Part shown: positions 8,297 to 18,117 of the stretch, one piece after another
Layout of the letters: each line of letters opens with the position of its first letter
Numbering within the stretch: the stretch's first letter is position 1
DNA from: a virus
IMG/VR virus record: IMGVR_UViG_3300020215_000004
Length of the DNA stretch: 64,000 nucleotides
Reading direction: 5' to 3' (one strand)
Made by a program: the position numbers and the translations under genes
Notes under the pieces: generated by a model
Told to the model about the DNA's origin: nothing
Seen by the model: the letters and a program-made list of their open reading frames with translations, nothing else
Database searches by the model: none

Positions 8297-9208
8297 ATGG
8301 CTGTCGAAACTCGCAGCTCACACCCGAGCCTTCTGTGGCCCGGCGTTTATGACACTTTCGGTGAAGCCTACAAGGACAAGCCGGAATATTTCCGCCAGAT
8401 CTTCTCGGATCACAAGTCCGACAAGCATCTCGAGATCACGACCGAACACAGCTTCTATGGCCTCGCGCCGGAGAAGTCGGAAGGCTCGTCGATCCAGTAC
8501 GATGAAAGCCGCGAAGGCTTCAAATCGACGTTCCAGCACGTCACCTACGGGCTTGGCTACATCGTCACGCGCGAGGAACTGGAAGACAATCTCTATGAGA
8601 AAGTCTCCAGCGCCCGCGCTTCGGAACTCGCCCGCTCCATGCGCGCGACCAAGGAGACGGTGCACGCGAACATCCTCAACCGCGCCTTCAACTCGTCCTA
8701 TCTGGGCGGTGACGGCGTGGTGATGTGCTCGACCGCGCACCCGACCCGTTCGGGCAACCAGTCGAACCGCCTCGCGACCGACGCCGACCTCTCGGAAGCG
8801 TCGATCGAAGACGCGGTGAAGATTGCCGTCAACATGAAGAACAACCGCGGTATCCGCATTCAAGTGATGCCGCGCAAGCTGGTTGTTCCGGTAAACGAGA
8901 TGTTCAACGCCGCGCGCTACGTGAACTCCACGCTGCGCTCCGGCACTGGCAACAACGACATCAACGCCATCAACTCGCTCGATGTCCTGCCCGAAGGCAT
9001 CATGGTCTATCCGTACCTCACGGACGACGACGCCTGGTTCATCCTCACCGACCTGAAGAACGGCCTGAAGAGCTTCGACCGCCGACCGGTCGATTTCGAC
9101 AAGGACGAAGATTTCGGCACCGAGAACGCGCGCGCGAAGTCCACTATGCGCTTCAAGCCTGGCTGGGACGACTTCCGTTGCATCATCGGCACGCAGGGTG
9201 CCGGGTAA
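8297..9208 (+). CDS. major capsid protein
   Basis: 303 aa with strong SD. Position and sequence character are typical of HK97-fold coat proteins (e.g. GLGYIVTREELEDNLY, DADLSEASIEDAV, FDKDEDFGTENARAKSTMRF). Confidence 0.7.
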   Translation: MAVETRSSHPSLLWPGVYDTFGEAYKDKPEYFRQIFSDHKSDKHLEITTEHSFYGLAPEKSEGSSIQYDESREGFKSTFQHVTYGLGYIVTREELEDNLYEKVSSARASELARSMRATKETVHANILNRAFNSSYLGGDGVVMCSTAHPTRSGNQSNRLATDADLSEASIEDAVKIAVNMKNNRGIRIQVMPRKLVVPVNEMFNAARYVNSTLRSGTGNNDINAINSLDVLPEGIMVYPYLTDDDAWFILTDLKNGLKSFDRRPVDFDKDEDFGTENARAKSTMRFKPGWDDFRCIIGTQGAG

Positions 9209-9269
9209 GCAAAGCGGGTGAGCGGGGAGGGCGCAGGTCTTCCCCGCAAGCCTCTTGGAGACAAGAGCA

Positions 9270-9962
9270 ATGGCAGAGATCACTCGCTTTCCCGGCGGTG
9301 TCGTCGATCAAGAAGCGGCGACATTCGGCGCGGTTTATCCGCAGCTCGATCCGGCGAAGTATGTTCGCTACTTCAATGACTTTCATGTCTACACGGCAGG
9401 GGACTGGACCGTCACCGAGACGCAAGGCGGCGCCACCCAGGCGATCGTCGCCGGCCATGGCGGCATCCTGAAGCTTGGCAACAGTGCCGCCGACAACGAT
9501 CTGAACGCGCTCCAACTCACGCAGGAGACGTTCAAGTTTGCATCTGGCCGCAAGGCCTGGATGCGCGCACGCTTCAAGGTGAGCGATGCGACGCAGTCTG
9601 ACCTGATGATCGGGCTTGCGATCACCGATACGTCGCCTCTGGAAAGCCTCGTCTCCGATGGCGTCTACTTCTACAAGGCGGACGGCGCCGCCACGCTGTC
9701 GCTTGAAGTACGCAAGGATACGGCGGCTTCCTCGGCCAACATCGCTACGATGGTCGATGACACCTACCTGAAAGCCGAAATGTACTATGACGGTGCAAGC
9801 ACATGGCGCGTCTGGCTGAATGGCGCTGAGGTATCGTCCGTCACGTCAGCAACCAATATGCCTGACGACGAGGAATTAGCCGTGACCATCGCCGTGCAGA
9901 ACGGCGCCGGCGCGGCCAAAGATCTTCACGTCGATTTCGTCGAAATTCTTATGGAACGCTAA
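9270..9962 (+). CDS. virion structural protein, jelly-roll/lectin-like (putative)
   Basis: GGAGA 8 nt upstream of ATG 9270. Pattern YFNDFHVYTAGDWTVTETQGG...GGILKLGNSAADND resembles ConA-like capsid or fibre proteins. Confidence 0.45.
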   Translation: MAEITRFPGGVVDQEAATFGAVYPQLDPAKYVRYFNDFHVYTAGDWTVTETQGGATQAIVAGHGGILKLGNSAADNDLNALQLTQETFKFASGRKAWMRARFKVSDATQSDLMIGLAITDTSPLESLVSDGVYFYKADGAATLSLEVRKDTAASSANIATMVDDTYLKAEMYYDGASTWRVWLNGAEVSSVTSATNMPDDEELAVTIAVQNGAGAAKDLHVDFVEILMER

Positions 9963-9973
9963 GGGGGCAGACC

Positions 9974-10207
9974 ATGGCGGGCGCCTGGGCCGCGTGCGAT
10001 CGCTGCGACTTCCGCGTCCGCCATGCAGAGTGCAGAACGGAATGGAGCGGCGCGTTCGTGTGCCCCAAGTGCTACGATCCGCGACCAGCTTGGCTCGACC
10101 CGCCCGTCATTGATCCGCTTGAGGGCGCGCCGCTGCCGAACGCGCGGCTGCAGAGAACGCCGATCTATCTCGACGACGACAACCCCGTAACGGCTGACGA
10201 TCTCTGA
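9974..10207 (+). CDS. small zinc-ribbon protein
   Basis: CDRCDF...CPKC four-Cys arrangement. SD present. Coupled to the adaptor gene. Confidence 0.5.
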   Translation: MAGAWAACDRCDFRVRHAECRTEWSGAFVCPKCYDPRPAWLDPPVIDPLEGAPLPNARLQRTPIYLDDDNPVTADDL

Positions 10208-11349
10208 TGGCTCTTTCGGGCACGATCACCTTTGCCAGAACGGCGCAGCAAATCTGCGACGCTGCGCTGCGCAAGATCGGCGTGCTTGGAGAAGGGGAGA
10301 CTTCCTCCGGCAATCAGTACACCGATGCCGAAGAAGCCCTGAACCTCATGCTCCGCACCTGGAGCATGGAAGGGCCGAACCTTTGGACCGACGCGGAGCA
10401 GACCGTGCCGCTGGTGTCAGGGCTTGCCACCTACACGCTCAGCCCCAGACCGCGGCAAGTCTACACCGTGCGCTGGTGCAACGCCGTAGTGACGAACCGT
10501 GCGCTCTATGCGCGCGACTGGACGCAGAGCGCGTGGACAAAGTCCAATATGACGACGGCGCTTAGTCAAACCGGGGTCGATAACGTCGCATCAAGCGCTA
10601 CGCTACTGACGGCTTCGGCCGGAAACGCAACCGCACTGCAAAGCGTGACGCGGGCCGAAGCGGACTGGGACTTCGGCGTCTATATGAAACGCGTCACCGG
10701 CACGGGCGCGATCTCTGTTACGCTGAACGGCGGCACGGCCTGGACGGCGGTCACGGACGACATCAATTCCGACACTTGGACGCAAGTCGGCCTCTCTCTC
10801 GACGATGTGACCAACCCGCAGTTCGGCGTGCGCATTACCACGTCAGGCGATGCGGTGGCGGTCGATTATGCGCTGGCTTCGCTCGACGGCATTTCGCCCA
10901 CAGCGTTCGAGCCGATCCTCACCACAACCGCCAATGTGTCGCGCTACGATGAAGGCCGTCCACTCGGCGAGTGGGGCAGGCAGGACTACGAGAATGCGCC
11001 GATCAAGGACTCGACGGGCGATCCCACCATCTACGTGATCGATCGTCTGCGCTCGTCCACGACGATTACGCTCTGGCCCATCCCACAGTTTTCCTCCGGC
11101 GTGCAGGCGCTGCGCATCGGTTATGAGCGCGTTTGGGAAGATGTGACCGCGCCGGGGCAAGACATCGACGTGCCCCAGGAATGGTACGAGACGGTGATCT
11201 TCGGCTTGGCTGCCCGCTTAGCCGACGACTACCAGTTGAACGGGCCGCATGTTGAACGCGTCAGGCAGCGCGCGGTGCAGCTCTATCAGCTCGCGATGAC
11301 AAACGACCGGCGCGGCGACGTGCGCGTGCGCATCGGGCGGGCGCGGTGA
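10207..11349 (+). CDS. head-to-tail adaptor, P22 gp4-like N-terminal domain with an inserted domain
   Basis: N-terminus ICDAALRKIGVLGEGETSS..DAEEALNLMLRTWSMEG matches the gp4 tail-accessory-factor pattern (AALRKLGV...D..DDLEAMMAEW). Confidence 0.55.
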   Translation: MALSGTITFARTAQQICDAALRKIGVLGEGETSSGNQYTDAEEALNLMLRTWSMEGPNLWTDAEQTVPLVSGLATYTLSPRPRQVYTVRWCNAVVTNRALYARDWTQSAWTKSNMTTALSQTGVDNVASSATLLTASAGNATALQSVTRAEADWDFGVYMKRVTGTGAISVTLNGGTAWTAVTDDINSDTWTQVGLSLDDVTNPQFGVRITTSGDAVAVDYALASLDGISPTAFEPILTTTANVSRYDEGRPLGEWGRQDYENAPIKDSTGDPTIYVIDRLRSSTTITLWPIPQFSSGVQALRIGYERVWEDVTAPGQDIDVPQEWYETVIFGLAARLADDYQLNGPHVERVRQRAVQLYQLAMTNDRRGDVRVRIGRAR

Positions 11350-11404
11350 TGCCCGCATGGGCGCCGTTGCCCGCGATAATAGCGCGAAGATTTAAGGAGC
11401 TGGC

Positions 11405-12025
11405 ATGCCCGCAATTCCCATGAGCGCGCTGAGACGGGCGCTGGCGGAAATGGCCGCTGGCGCGGGGCGCGGCGTGAGTGACGCTTGGGGCGGCGGTCAC
11501 ATTGGCCGCGGCTATGCGGGTGGCACTTTGCTAGGCAGTGTTGGTGGTGGCGTCGCTGGCGGAGTAGCAGACGCTCCGGATGGGCAAACCTATGTCGGGC
11601 CTGGCGTGATCGGCGGCATGCTAGGAGGCATGGCGCTTGGCGCCGCTGGCGGCGGGGTGGTGAAGCTGGCGCGCATGGCCCAGCGCGGCGTAGGCGAGGG
11701 CGCGCACGGCTTCCGCTATGGGCTTCGTCAGGCGCTAGCCGAGCGCATGGCCTCGCGCGGCATCGGCCTGGCTGACGACGCAGCGCGCTTTGAGGAAGGC
11801 TTTGCTGGGCGTCGCGATGTGCCGTTGATTGAAGAGATGCGCGAAGCGGGCGCGCGGCCGTTCTCACGCGCGCCAAGCGCATACGATGAAATGGCCGAGC
11901 TCGCGGCTGCAAACAAAATCCTGCGCCGCTTGCAAAACGAGCGCCGTAACGCCACCGATCCTGAAGAGATTGCCGATCTCGACGAGCAGATCGCCGAACT
12001 CACGCGCTTGCTGGGGGGCCAATGA
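11405..12025 (+). CDS. Gly-rich virion protein carrying LRxAL motifs
   Basis: AAGGAG SD. SALRRALAEMAAG at the N-terminus, YGLRQALAERMAS internal, long Gly-rich segment, C-terminal coiled coil. Confidence 0.5.
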   Translation: MPAIPMSALRRALAEMAAGAGRGVSDAWGGGHIGRGYAGGTLLGSVGGGVAGGVADAPDGQTYVGPGVIGGMLGGMALGAAGGGVVKLARMAQRGVGEGAHGFRYGLRQALAERMASRGIGLADDAARFEEGFAGRRDVPLIEEMREAGARPFSRAPSAYDEMAELAAANKILRRLQNERRNATDPEEIADLDEQIAELTRLLGGQ

Positions 12026-12438
12026 CCGCCGCGCGCAAACTCGACACCGATCTCGCAGAACTGGGCCGCCGCTTTCACGCGATGAGCCCGTGGCGTCACA
12101 CGCCATACGACGCTGACGCTGTGTCGGCGTTTCTCGTGGAACTCGCTAACAATCCTGACGGCTATCTCGTCTGCACCGAGCACGGCTTGATCGGCGGCGT
12201 GCTTAGCCCGCTCTGGTTTGCTCCCTCCGTCACTGTCGCGGTCGAACTCTTCTGGTACTCCGAGAGCAAAGGCGAGGGGCAGAAGCTGCGCGATGGCTTC
12301 GAGGCGTGGGCCAAGGAGCGTGGCGCGGGCTACACGCAATTCTCCATTCTCTCCGACAAGCACGAAGAGGACATGCGTCGTGCGATGATGCGGCAGGGCT
12401 ACGATGCCATCGAAGTTGGCTTGAGGAAGGCGCTCTAA
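12022..12438 (+). CDS. GNAT-family acetyltransferase-like protein
   Basis: 138 aa with ATGA coupling. Beta-strand, then SKGEGQKLRDGFEAWAKERG helix, resembling GNAT motif A. Embedded among ejection-type genes. Confidence 0.45.
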   Translation: MTAARKLDTDLAELGRRFHAMSPWRHTPYDADAVSAFLVELANNPDGYLVCTEHGLIGGVLSPLWFAPSVTVAVELFWYSESKGEGQKLRDGFEAWAKERGAGYTQFSILSDKHEEDMRRAMMRQGYDAIEVGLRKAL

Positions 12439-13262
12439 TGGCGATCGGAACGGGGCTTGCCATTCTGGGGGCGGCTGGCATTGGCGCAGCGGCGTCCATG
12501 TCGGCGGCTAAGTCGCAATCGAAGGCCGCGCGCGAGGCGTCGGCTGCGGCGCGCGATGCGGCCAATCAGGAAATTCAGCTCCAGCGGGAAGCGCGCGACG
12601 AAGCGCGCAAGATTTTCACGCCATACAGCCAGGAAGGCTCGGCGGCGCGGCGCATGTACAATGCGGCTATGGGAATTGCGCCGGCGGCTGGCACGAGCGC
12701 GGGCGCTGGCGTCGCCGGCGCCGATACGCTGGGGGCTGCGCGCGCGGCATACGATGCAGGATTTGACGCTTCCCCATACTGGCGCGATGCCCAGTACGGG
12801 GCGGGCGAAGCCATGAACGCGCTCATGTCCACAAACGCTGCGCTGGGAAGGGGCGGCAGCGTCAATTCCGGCAAGGCGCTTCGGGCCACGCAAGACATTC
12901 AGACCGGCTATCGCGGCCAGGCCACGCAGAACTATCTGGCGTCGCTCGCTGGCATCTCGGACACGGGGCTGGTCGCGGATTCCGGCATCGCATCAGGCGG
13001 GCAGAACTACGCCAATATGAGCGGCAACGCGCTTCGCCAAGCGGCGGCCTTGCAGGGTCAGTATGGCCTCGCGGGCGCTGCGGCGATGGGCCAAGGCTAC
13101 GCCAACGCGGCGGGATTCTTGGGCTACGGGCTCGGCAATTATCGCCCTGGCGGCCAGAGCTATTTCTCCTACACGCCGCCGGCCCTAAGTCCGAACCTGC
13201 CTACAGGCGGCGCGCCGCTCTCGCCACTCGTCACCATTCCGCGCTTTACGCTGGGGGGCTGA
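12438..13262 (+). CDS. internal virion / ejection-type protein (putative)
   Basis: N-terminal TM-like segment (GLAILGAAGIGAAASM), then Ala/Gly/Gln-rich sequence. Coupled start. Confidence 0.45.
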   Translation: MAIGTGLAILGAAGIGAAASMSAAKSQSKAAREASAAARDAANQEIQLQREARDEARKIFTPYSQEGSAARRMYNAAMGIAPAAGTSAGAGVAGADTLGAARAAYDAGFDASPYWRDAQYGAGEAMNALMSTNAALGRGGSVNSGKALRATQDIQTGYRGQATQNYLASLAGISDTGLVADSGIASGGQNYANMSGNALRQAAALQGQYGLAGAAAMGQGYANAAGFLGYGLGNYRPGGQSYFSYTPPALSPNLPTGGAPLSPLVTIPRFTLGG

Positions 13263-14794
13263 TGGCGGAGATTTTTCGCTCCTTCGCGGAAGGGTTGTCT
13301 ACCGGCGCCGCTCAGCGCGATGATCGCGATCGCCGAAGCGCGCTCGATGAAGCGCGCCGCCTCTACGGCGCCGACAATTACGAGGGCGCCGAACAGGCGG
13401 CGCTTGCCTATAGCCCCGAACTTGCCGGCACGTTCAGCGCGCTGTCGGAGGCGCGCCGCAACCGCAACACGCGGGGCGCCGTCTCGGAGGCGATGCAGGG
13501 GCTTGATCCCAACGCCGCGCCGGACGCGCGTTTGCAAGCAGGCGCCACGGCAGCGCTTGAGGCGGGCGACACAGATCAATGGCTAGCGTTCCAGCAGGCG
13601 GCCACGCAGATGAGCGCCCAAGAGCGACAAGTCGCGGGAGAGCGCGCGCAGTTTATCGGCTCGGCTGCGGCCAGCCTGTTGAGCGTTCCCGTCGAGCAGC
13701 GCGCCGAGCAGGCTCGCGCGCTTCTGGCCGCTTCGCCTTATGCGAACGATGCGCAGATACTGCAAATGATCGACGACGCGCCTGAGCTCACCGACGAGGC
13801 GCTGAACGCGGCTGCGCGCAGCACTATGACCGCGGCGGAGATTTTGGGCTTCGATCGCCAGCAAGAGCAATTCGACCAACAGATTGCCCTTCAGCGCGCC
13901 AATGCCTTCGGTCCTCGCTTGAATGCGCCGCAAGTTCGCGCCTTCGGCAACGATTATGAGCGCGGCCTGCGACAAATCACCGACACGCTCGGCCCCCAAA
14001 TTATGAACGCCATGCCGTGGGCCACGCGCGTGGCGCAAGGCGGGCTCGTGCCTGAGGGCGTGTCGCGGGATTCTGCTCTCATCAACGACCAGGGCATGCT
14101 CCGCGCGGTGGCCCGCTTGCAAACCGGCGTCGGCGTGCTGACCGAAGGCGAAGTCCGCGACACGATCGGCAACGATGTCTTCAGCCAGATGCAGCGTCTG
14201 GGCGCCGACTTCCGGCTGACCACACCGCTCACGGAATCGAAGCGACAGGCGTTGGCCGCGCTCGTACAAACGGGCGTGACGAGGGCGTCAAATCAGGCCT
14301 GGAATTATCGCCAGAGTGCGCTTGATGAGTACCGCTCGCTCAGCGGCGGCCAAGACCCTGTCGGCTGGCAATTGCCGTCCATCGCGCATCCGGAGGACTT
14401 CGCCGCGCTCAACGCCGCAGAAGGCATGGCAGGCACGAATGGCGCGCCGGCTCTGACGCCGAACGCTATCCGCATTGCACCATCCGGCCGGCGCTATCAG
14501 TACATGGGGCCAGGCAACTGGTTGCCTGTCGCAGAGGGTGATGTGGAAGGCTATCAGGCTGGGCGTGAACAGCGCATTGCGCGCGGCGGATCGCCCACCG
14601 CGCCGAGCGCCTCGCAATCTGGCGGCTGGCGTCCTGGCCAGCCTGTGCCGCAAGCGGCGATCGAACGCGTGCGCTCCAATCCGGCGCTGCTGAATGAGTT
14701 CAAGCGCACGTTCAATCTATCTGATGAAGAGGCACGCCGTCTCACGGGCTTGGGTCAGAACGCGCGGCCGGATGGCCCGATGAGAAGGGGCTGA
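13262..14794 (+). CDS. internal virion / ejection-type protein (putative)
   Basis: 510 aa with ATGA coupling. Ala/Gln/Arg-rich helical composition. Lies downstream of the adaptor. Confidence 0.45.
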   Translation: MAEIFRSFAEGLSTGAAQRDDRDRRSALDEARRLYGADNYEGAEQAALAYSPELAGTFSALSEARRNRNTRGAVSEAMQGLDPNAAPDARLQAGATAALEAGDTDQWLAFQQAATQMSAQERQVAGERAQFIGSAAASLLSVPVEQRAEQARALLAASPYANDAQILQMIDDAPELTDEALNAAARSTMTAAEILGFDRQQEQFDQQIALQRANAFGPRLNAPQVRAFGNDYERGLRQITDTLGPQIMNAMPWATRVAQGGLVPEGVSRDSALINDQGMLRAVARLQTGVGVLTEGEVRDTIGNDVFSQMQRLGADFRLTTPLTESKRQALAALVQTGVTRASNQAWNYRQSALDEYRSLSGGQDPVGWQLPSIAHPEDFAALNAAEGMAGTNGAPALTPNAIRIAPSGRRYQYMGPGNWLPVAEGDVEGYQAGREQRIARGGSPTAPSASQSGGWRPGQPVPQAAIERVRSNPALLNEFKRTFNLSDEEARRLTGLGQNARPDGPMRRG

Positions 14795-14795
14795 T

Positions 14796-17099
14796 GTGGG
14801 CGCGTTCGACGACCTCATTGCCCCGGCGCCCCAGCGCGGCGGAGCGTTTGACGACCTGATTGCAGGCGGGACGCCGCAGTCGTTCAGCTCAAGCGAACCA
14901 TCGCGCTTGCAAGCCTTCGGCTATAGCGCTGCGGATGCCGCAAGTCTCGGTTTCGGCGATGAAGGCGCTGGCGTACTCGCTGGCGTGGGCGCCGTGCTCG
15001 GCGGGCGCGATTTTGCGTTGGCGTACCGCACAAGAGTCGATGCGGCGCGCCAGCGGCTCGAGGAGGCGCGTGCGCGGCATCCGATTAGTTCGGCTGCGGG
15101 AGCGCTCACGGGGGCAGGCGCAACCTTCCTGGTGCCTGGCGGGGCGGCGGCAACTGGCGCACGGCTTGGCCTCGGCGGCGTGGCCGCTGCGGGGCGCGCA
15201 GCGCAAGGCTTGGTGACAGGCGAGCGTCTACTGCCATATGGAAGCGCGCTCTTACGAGAGGCGGCGGGCCGAGGCGGGCGCGCGCTAGGTGCGCAGTCGC
15301 TGCTTGGCGCGGGTACTGGCGCAGCTTTCGGCGCTGCTTACGGCGCTGGTTCGGCGAATGAGAATGACAGGCTCCAGGGCGCCCTCTCTGGCGGTGCGTA
15401 CGGCGCTGCGCTTGGCGCGGTGGGGCCAGCCGCGTTCCAATTACTTGGAAACGCGGGTCGTATCGCGTATCAAAATCCTGTGCTGCGCACAGCCACAGGT
15501 GCGGCGGCGGGCGGCGGCGTTGGTTATTTCACTGGAGAGCCAGGAGATCGCGAACAGAACGCGCTCCGTGGCGCAGCATTTGGCGCAGGCGTGGGCGCGT
15601 TTTCCCGTCCGGCGCTCACCGCCGCGCGTCAAGCCTTCGCCAATCCGCTCGGCTACGCCAACCAAACCAGCATGGCGGGCGTCGTGCCACCCCCCCTTGG
15701 CGGCAGCGGCGGATCTGCTAAGCCCAATGTGCCGAAAGGCGTCGTGAGCGCGGTGGACCGCTTGCTTGGGCGTCAGCGCTCCGATGTTGAAAGCCTCGCA
15801 AGAAGCATTGAGACAGCGCGCGCCGAGCCGATGGGGCGCACGCTTGCCGACCTCGGCGGCGAACAATTCCTGAGCAAGGTTGACGCGCTCGCGCAACTGC
15901 CGGGACAAACCGGTCCGCGCGCCGCCGCGCTTGCTGAAGCACGCGTGCGCGACCTGCCTGGCCAGATTACCGGCGAACTGCAGTCCAGGCTTGGCGTCAG
16001 CCAGTCTCCGACACAAGCGCTCAACTCCTTGGCGGACGAGTATCGCCTCGTCTCGCGCGAACTCTATGAGCCGCTTCTACGCCAACCTGTGGCGCCACAA
16101 GCATTGGCGCGCGTTGAACCGATCCTCCAACGCTTGCCGGAAAGCGTTTTGAACCGCGCCAACCGCGTCATGGACGATCTTGCCCGCATCGATGGGATCG
16201 AGGTATCCGCCATGAGCGGCGCGCAACGTCTGCACTATCTCAAGATGGCGCTCGACGATGCGATCCAGGGCATGGAGCGCGTCGAGGGCCTTGGCGCGGC
16301 TCAGCGCGCAGGTTTGCGCCGTCTTAAGGGCGAGTTCCTGGAAGCCGTCGAGGGCGATCCGGCGCGCGGCATAGAGCCGATCATTCCCGGCTATCGCGAA
16401 GCACGCATGCGCTGGGGCGGCTTGAAGGACGCCGAGGAAGCGATCGATCTGGGCCGCAAGGCGCTGAGCCAGCGCCCGGAAGAAGTGCGCGAGATCATGG
16501 CGCGCATGACGCCATTTGAGCGCCAGCATTTCCAGATCGCCGCGGCCGACGAAATGATCCGCAAGGTGATGCGTGCTTCAGGCGAGGTGGGCCATCGTAA
16601 TGCCGCCAACCCGCTCAACAGCACCGAACTACAGAACGTCGTGCGCGAAATCTTCGATGATGCCGGCGAGGCGGAAGCCTTCCTGCGTATGCTAAACGAG
16701 CGCAACCAGCTCGCCCGCAACGCTACGTCCTGGATCGGCAACTCCGCCACAGCGCGCCGCGCAGCGCAGGCGGGCGATCAATTTCTAGCTGCGATGGCTG
16801 ATGCAGGCTTGACGGGAGCGTCGGGCAACCCTGGGGCGGCCGTAAGTCAAGCTGGCCGCAGCGCGCTCAACGCTCTCCGGGGCCGCTTCTTCGAGCAACA
16901 GAACGACGAACTAGGCAACGCACTGTTGCGCGTCGTGGACGAGGGCACCACGGAAGACCGCGCGTTTATTCGCGAACTCATGCGCGAGCTGCGCAAACGC
17001 GAGCGGGCGCGGGCGTCACGTGCGGAATCTGCGGGGCGTGATGCAGCTCTGAATGTCGTCGGCGTCGATACTGCGCGGGACGCCTATCAGCCATATTAG
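14796..17099 (+). CDS. large internal virion / ejection-type protein (putative)
   Basis: 767 aa. Tandem GAFDDLIA peptide at the N-terminus, long Gly/Ala-rich TM-like stretches, then a helical C-terminal half. Confidence 0.45.
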   Translation: MGAFDDLIAPAPQRGGAFDDLIAGGTPQSFSSSEPSRLQAFGYSAADAASLGFGDEGAGVLAGVGAVLGGRDFALAYRTRVDAARQRLEEARARHPISSAAGALTGAGATFLVPGGAAATGARLGLGGVAAAGRAAQGLVTGERLLPYGSALLREAAGRGGRALGAQSLLGAGTGAAFGAAYGAGSANENDRLQGALSGGAYGAALGAVGPAAFQLLGNAGRIAYQNPVLRTATGAAAGGGVGYFTGEPGDREQNALRGAAFGAGVGAFSRPALTAARQAFANPLGYANQTSMAGVVPPPLGGSGGSAKPNVPKGVVSAVDRLLGRQRSDVESLARSIETARAEPMGRTLADLGGEQFLSKVDALAQLPGQTGPRAAALAEARVRDLPGQITGELQSRLGVSQSPTQALNSLADEYRLVSRELYEPLLRQPVAPQALARVEPILQRLPESVLNRANRVMDDLARIDGIEVSAMSGAQRLHYLKMALDDAIQGMERVEGLGAAQRAGLRRLKGEFLEAVEGDPARGIEPIIPGYREARMRWGGLKDAEEAIDLGRKALSQRPEEVREIMARMTPFERQHFQIAAADEMIRKVMRASGEVGHRNAANPLNSTELQNVVREIFDDAGEAEAFLRMLNERNQLARNATSWIGNSATARRAAQAGDQFLAAMADAGLTGASGNPGAAVSQAGRSALNALRGRFFEQQNDELGNALLRVVDEGTTEDRAFIRELMRELRKRERARASRAESAGRDAALNVVGVDTARDAYQPY

Positions 17100-17182
17100 G
17101 CCAAGTGCCTTCCTTTGAGCCGCTTGTCTTAAAACGCCTCACGGACTATTCAGAAAGCACGGCTTCCTAAAGGAGCGGTGAC

Positions 17183-17671
17183 ATGCTTAGGCGCGGCCCC
17201 CTGTCTATCATCGCAGCATCGCTGATTTGCATCGCGAGTTTGATGCTGTTCGCCGTTAGTGTGTTCGCTCAGACTCCTGAGGACCATTGGCGCGTCGGAG
17301 AAGCGGATAGGTATGTCTCTTATATCGACACGCAAAGGATCGAGACATCTGGTTTGCATAGACGCGCCTGGCTCTGGATCTTCAATGCGCCTTCGCCTCA
17401 ATCTCCGCACATCTACATGAATTCCAGGGTGCTCGTCGAGTTTGATTGTCCTGATCGCCGTCGACGATTCCTCCAGGGAACGCGGTATTCAGGCACAGAT
17501 GTAGTCGATGAGATTTGGCGCGCCAGCGAATGGCAATACGCTGTGCCAGACAGTGTTGGCGAGCGGGAGATGCGCTTTGTTTGCTCAAATGCAGCGGAAC
17601 GTGGCGGTCTGGGGGCAAGAGTCTTTAGCCCGCTATCGGATGCCATGCTGATCTTCTCGTCTAGCCCTTAA
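17183..17671 (+). CDS. secreted protein, surface-adhesin protein E-like (moron)
   Basis: Own SD (AAAGGAG). Signal peptide ending VFAQ. Pattern YVSYIDTQRI...RRAWLWIF...VEFDCPDRRRR...W..VPDS...FVC. Visibly more AT-rich than its flanks. Confidence 0.5.
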   Translation: MLRRGPLSIIAASLICIASLMLFAVSVFAQTPEDHWRVGEADRYVSYIDTQRIETSGLHRRAWLWIFNAPSPQSPHIYMNSRVLVEFDCPDRRRRFLQGTRYSGTDVVDEIWRASEWQYAVPDSVGEREMRFVCSNAAERGGLGARVFSPLSDAMLIFSSSP

Positions 17672-17691
17672 GGCTTGATCGCAAATCCCAG

Positions 17692-17717
17692 CCTCGCCCG
17701 GTATGTGCCGGCCGAGG
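17692..17717. terminator. hairpin between convergent genes (possible bidirectional terminator)
   Basis: CCTCGCCCGG-TATGTG-CCGGCCGAGG, a 10-bp stem with one mismatch. No clear U-tract. Confidence 0.3.
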
Positions 17718-17745
17718 CGCGTAGTCTTGGCGCTCTCGAAAGCCA

Positions 17746-18117
17746 TCACGGCGGCGTGCCATGCGTAACGTCAATCTGAAAGCCAGTAACCTCAACAGAT
17801 TTTGTTGCTGCGTCAGTGATCGTGCACTTGAACGTTGCTTGGCGAACAACGTCAGTGCCATCGGACTGCCAGCCTGTCGTCTGGCTCGTGTTGTTGAGCG
17901 CCGTAATCTGAGTGGCGCCGGCTGTGCGCGCCCACGCGTAAGTGTAGGGCGCCACGCCGCCAAGCACTGTCACACTGCTTGTGCCTGATAGCGTCTGCGT
18001 GCCGTTGGCGACGCTCTCCCCAACAGCGCCGCCGCTTCCGACAGAAGCAGTTAGTGGTCGTCTCAATGCCGCCGCCGCTCCGGCCGCGCTCACGTGTATA
18101 CCCCCGAAATCCCCCAT
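17746..18117 (-). CDS. Ig-like/SprB-repeat-like domain protein, possibly the -1 frame extension of the tail fibre
   Basis: GGVAPYTYAW motif. ATG 18117 has no SD and overlaps the fibre ORF end by 28 nt, across two G5 runs. Confidence 0.4.
   Translation of the reverse strand: MGDFGGIHVSAAGAAAALRRPLTASVGSGGAVGESVANGTQTLSGTSSVTVLGGVAPYTYAWARTAGATQITALNNTSQTTGWQSDGTDVVRQATFKCTITDAATKSVEVTGFQIDVTHGTPP

Noticed and set aside
7716-8723. 335-aa plus-strand ORF spanning the capsid accessory and capsid genes in another frame
   Set aside because: Ser/Thr/Arg/Pro/Ala low-complexity translation. It crosses a gene boundary, and the in-frame ORFs have SD sites and protein-like sequence.
8318-9283. 321-aa minus-strand ORF antisense to the major capsid gene
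   Set aside because: Shadow ORF. The capsid frame is far more convincing.
11371-11404. GATAAT at 11375-11380 as a fourth copy of the CAACCCC-N19-GATAAT element
   Set aside because: It lacks the upstream CAACCCC and TCCGGA boxes and is followed by a normal SD-led gene 24 nt downstream. It is possibly an ordinary internal promoter or chance.
13262-17099. Lytic transglycosylase or peptidase domain inside the large ejection-type proteins
   Set aside because: I looked for the usual catalytic Glu-Ser / GLMQ / AYNxG type blocks or peptidase motifs and saw none. They are left as generic ejection-type proteins.
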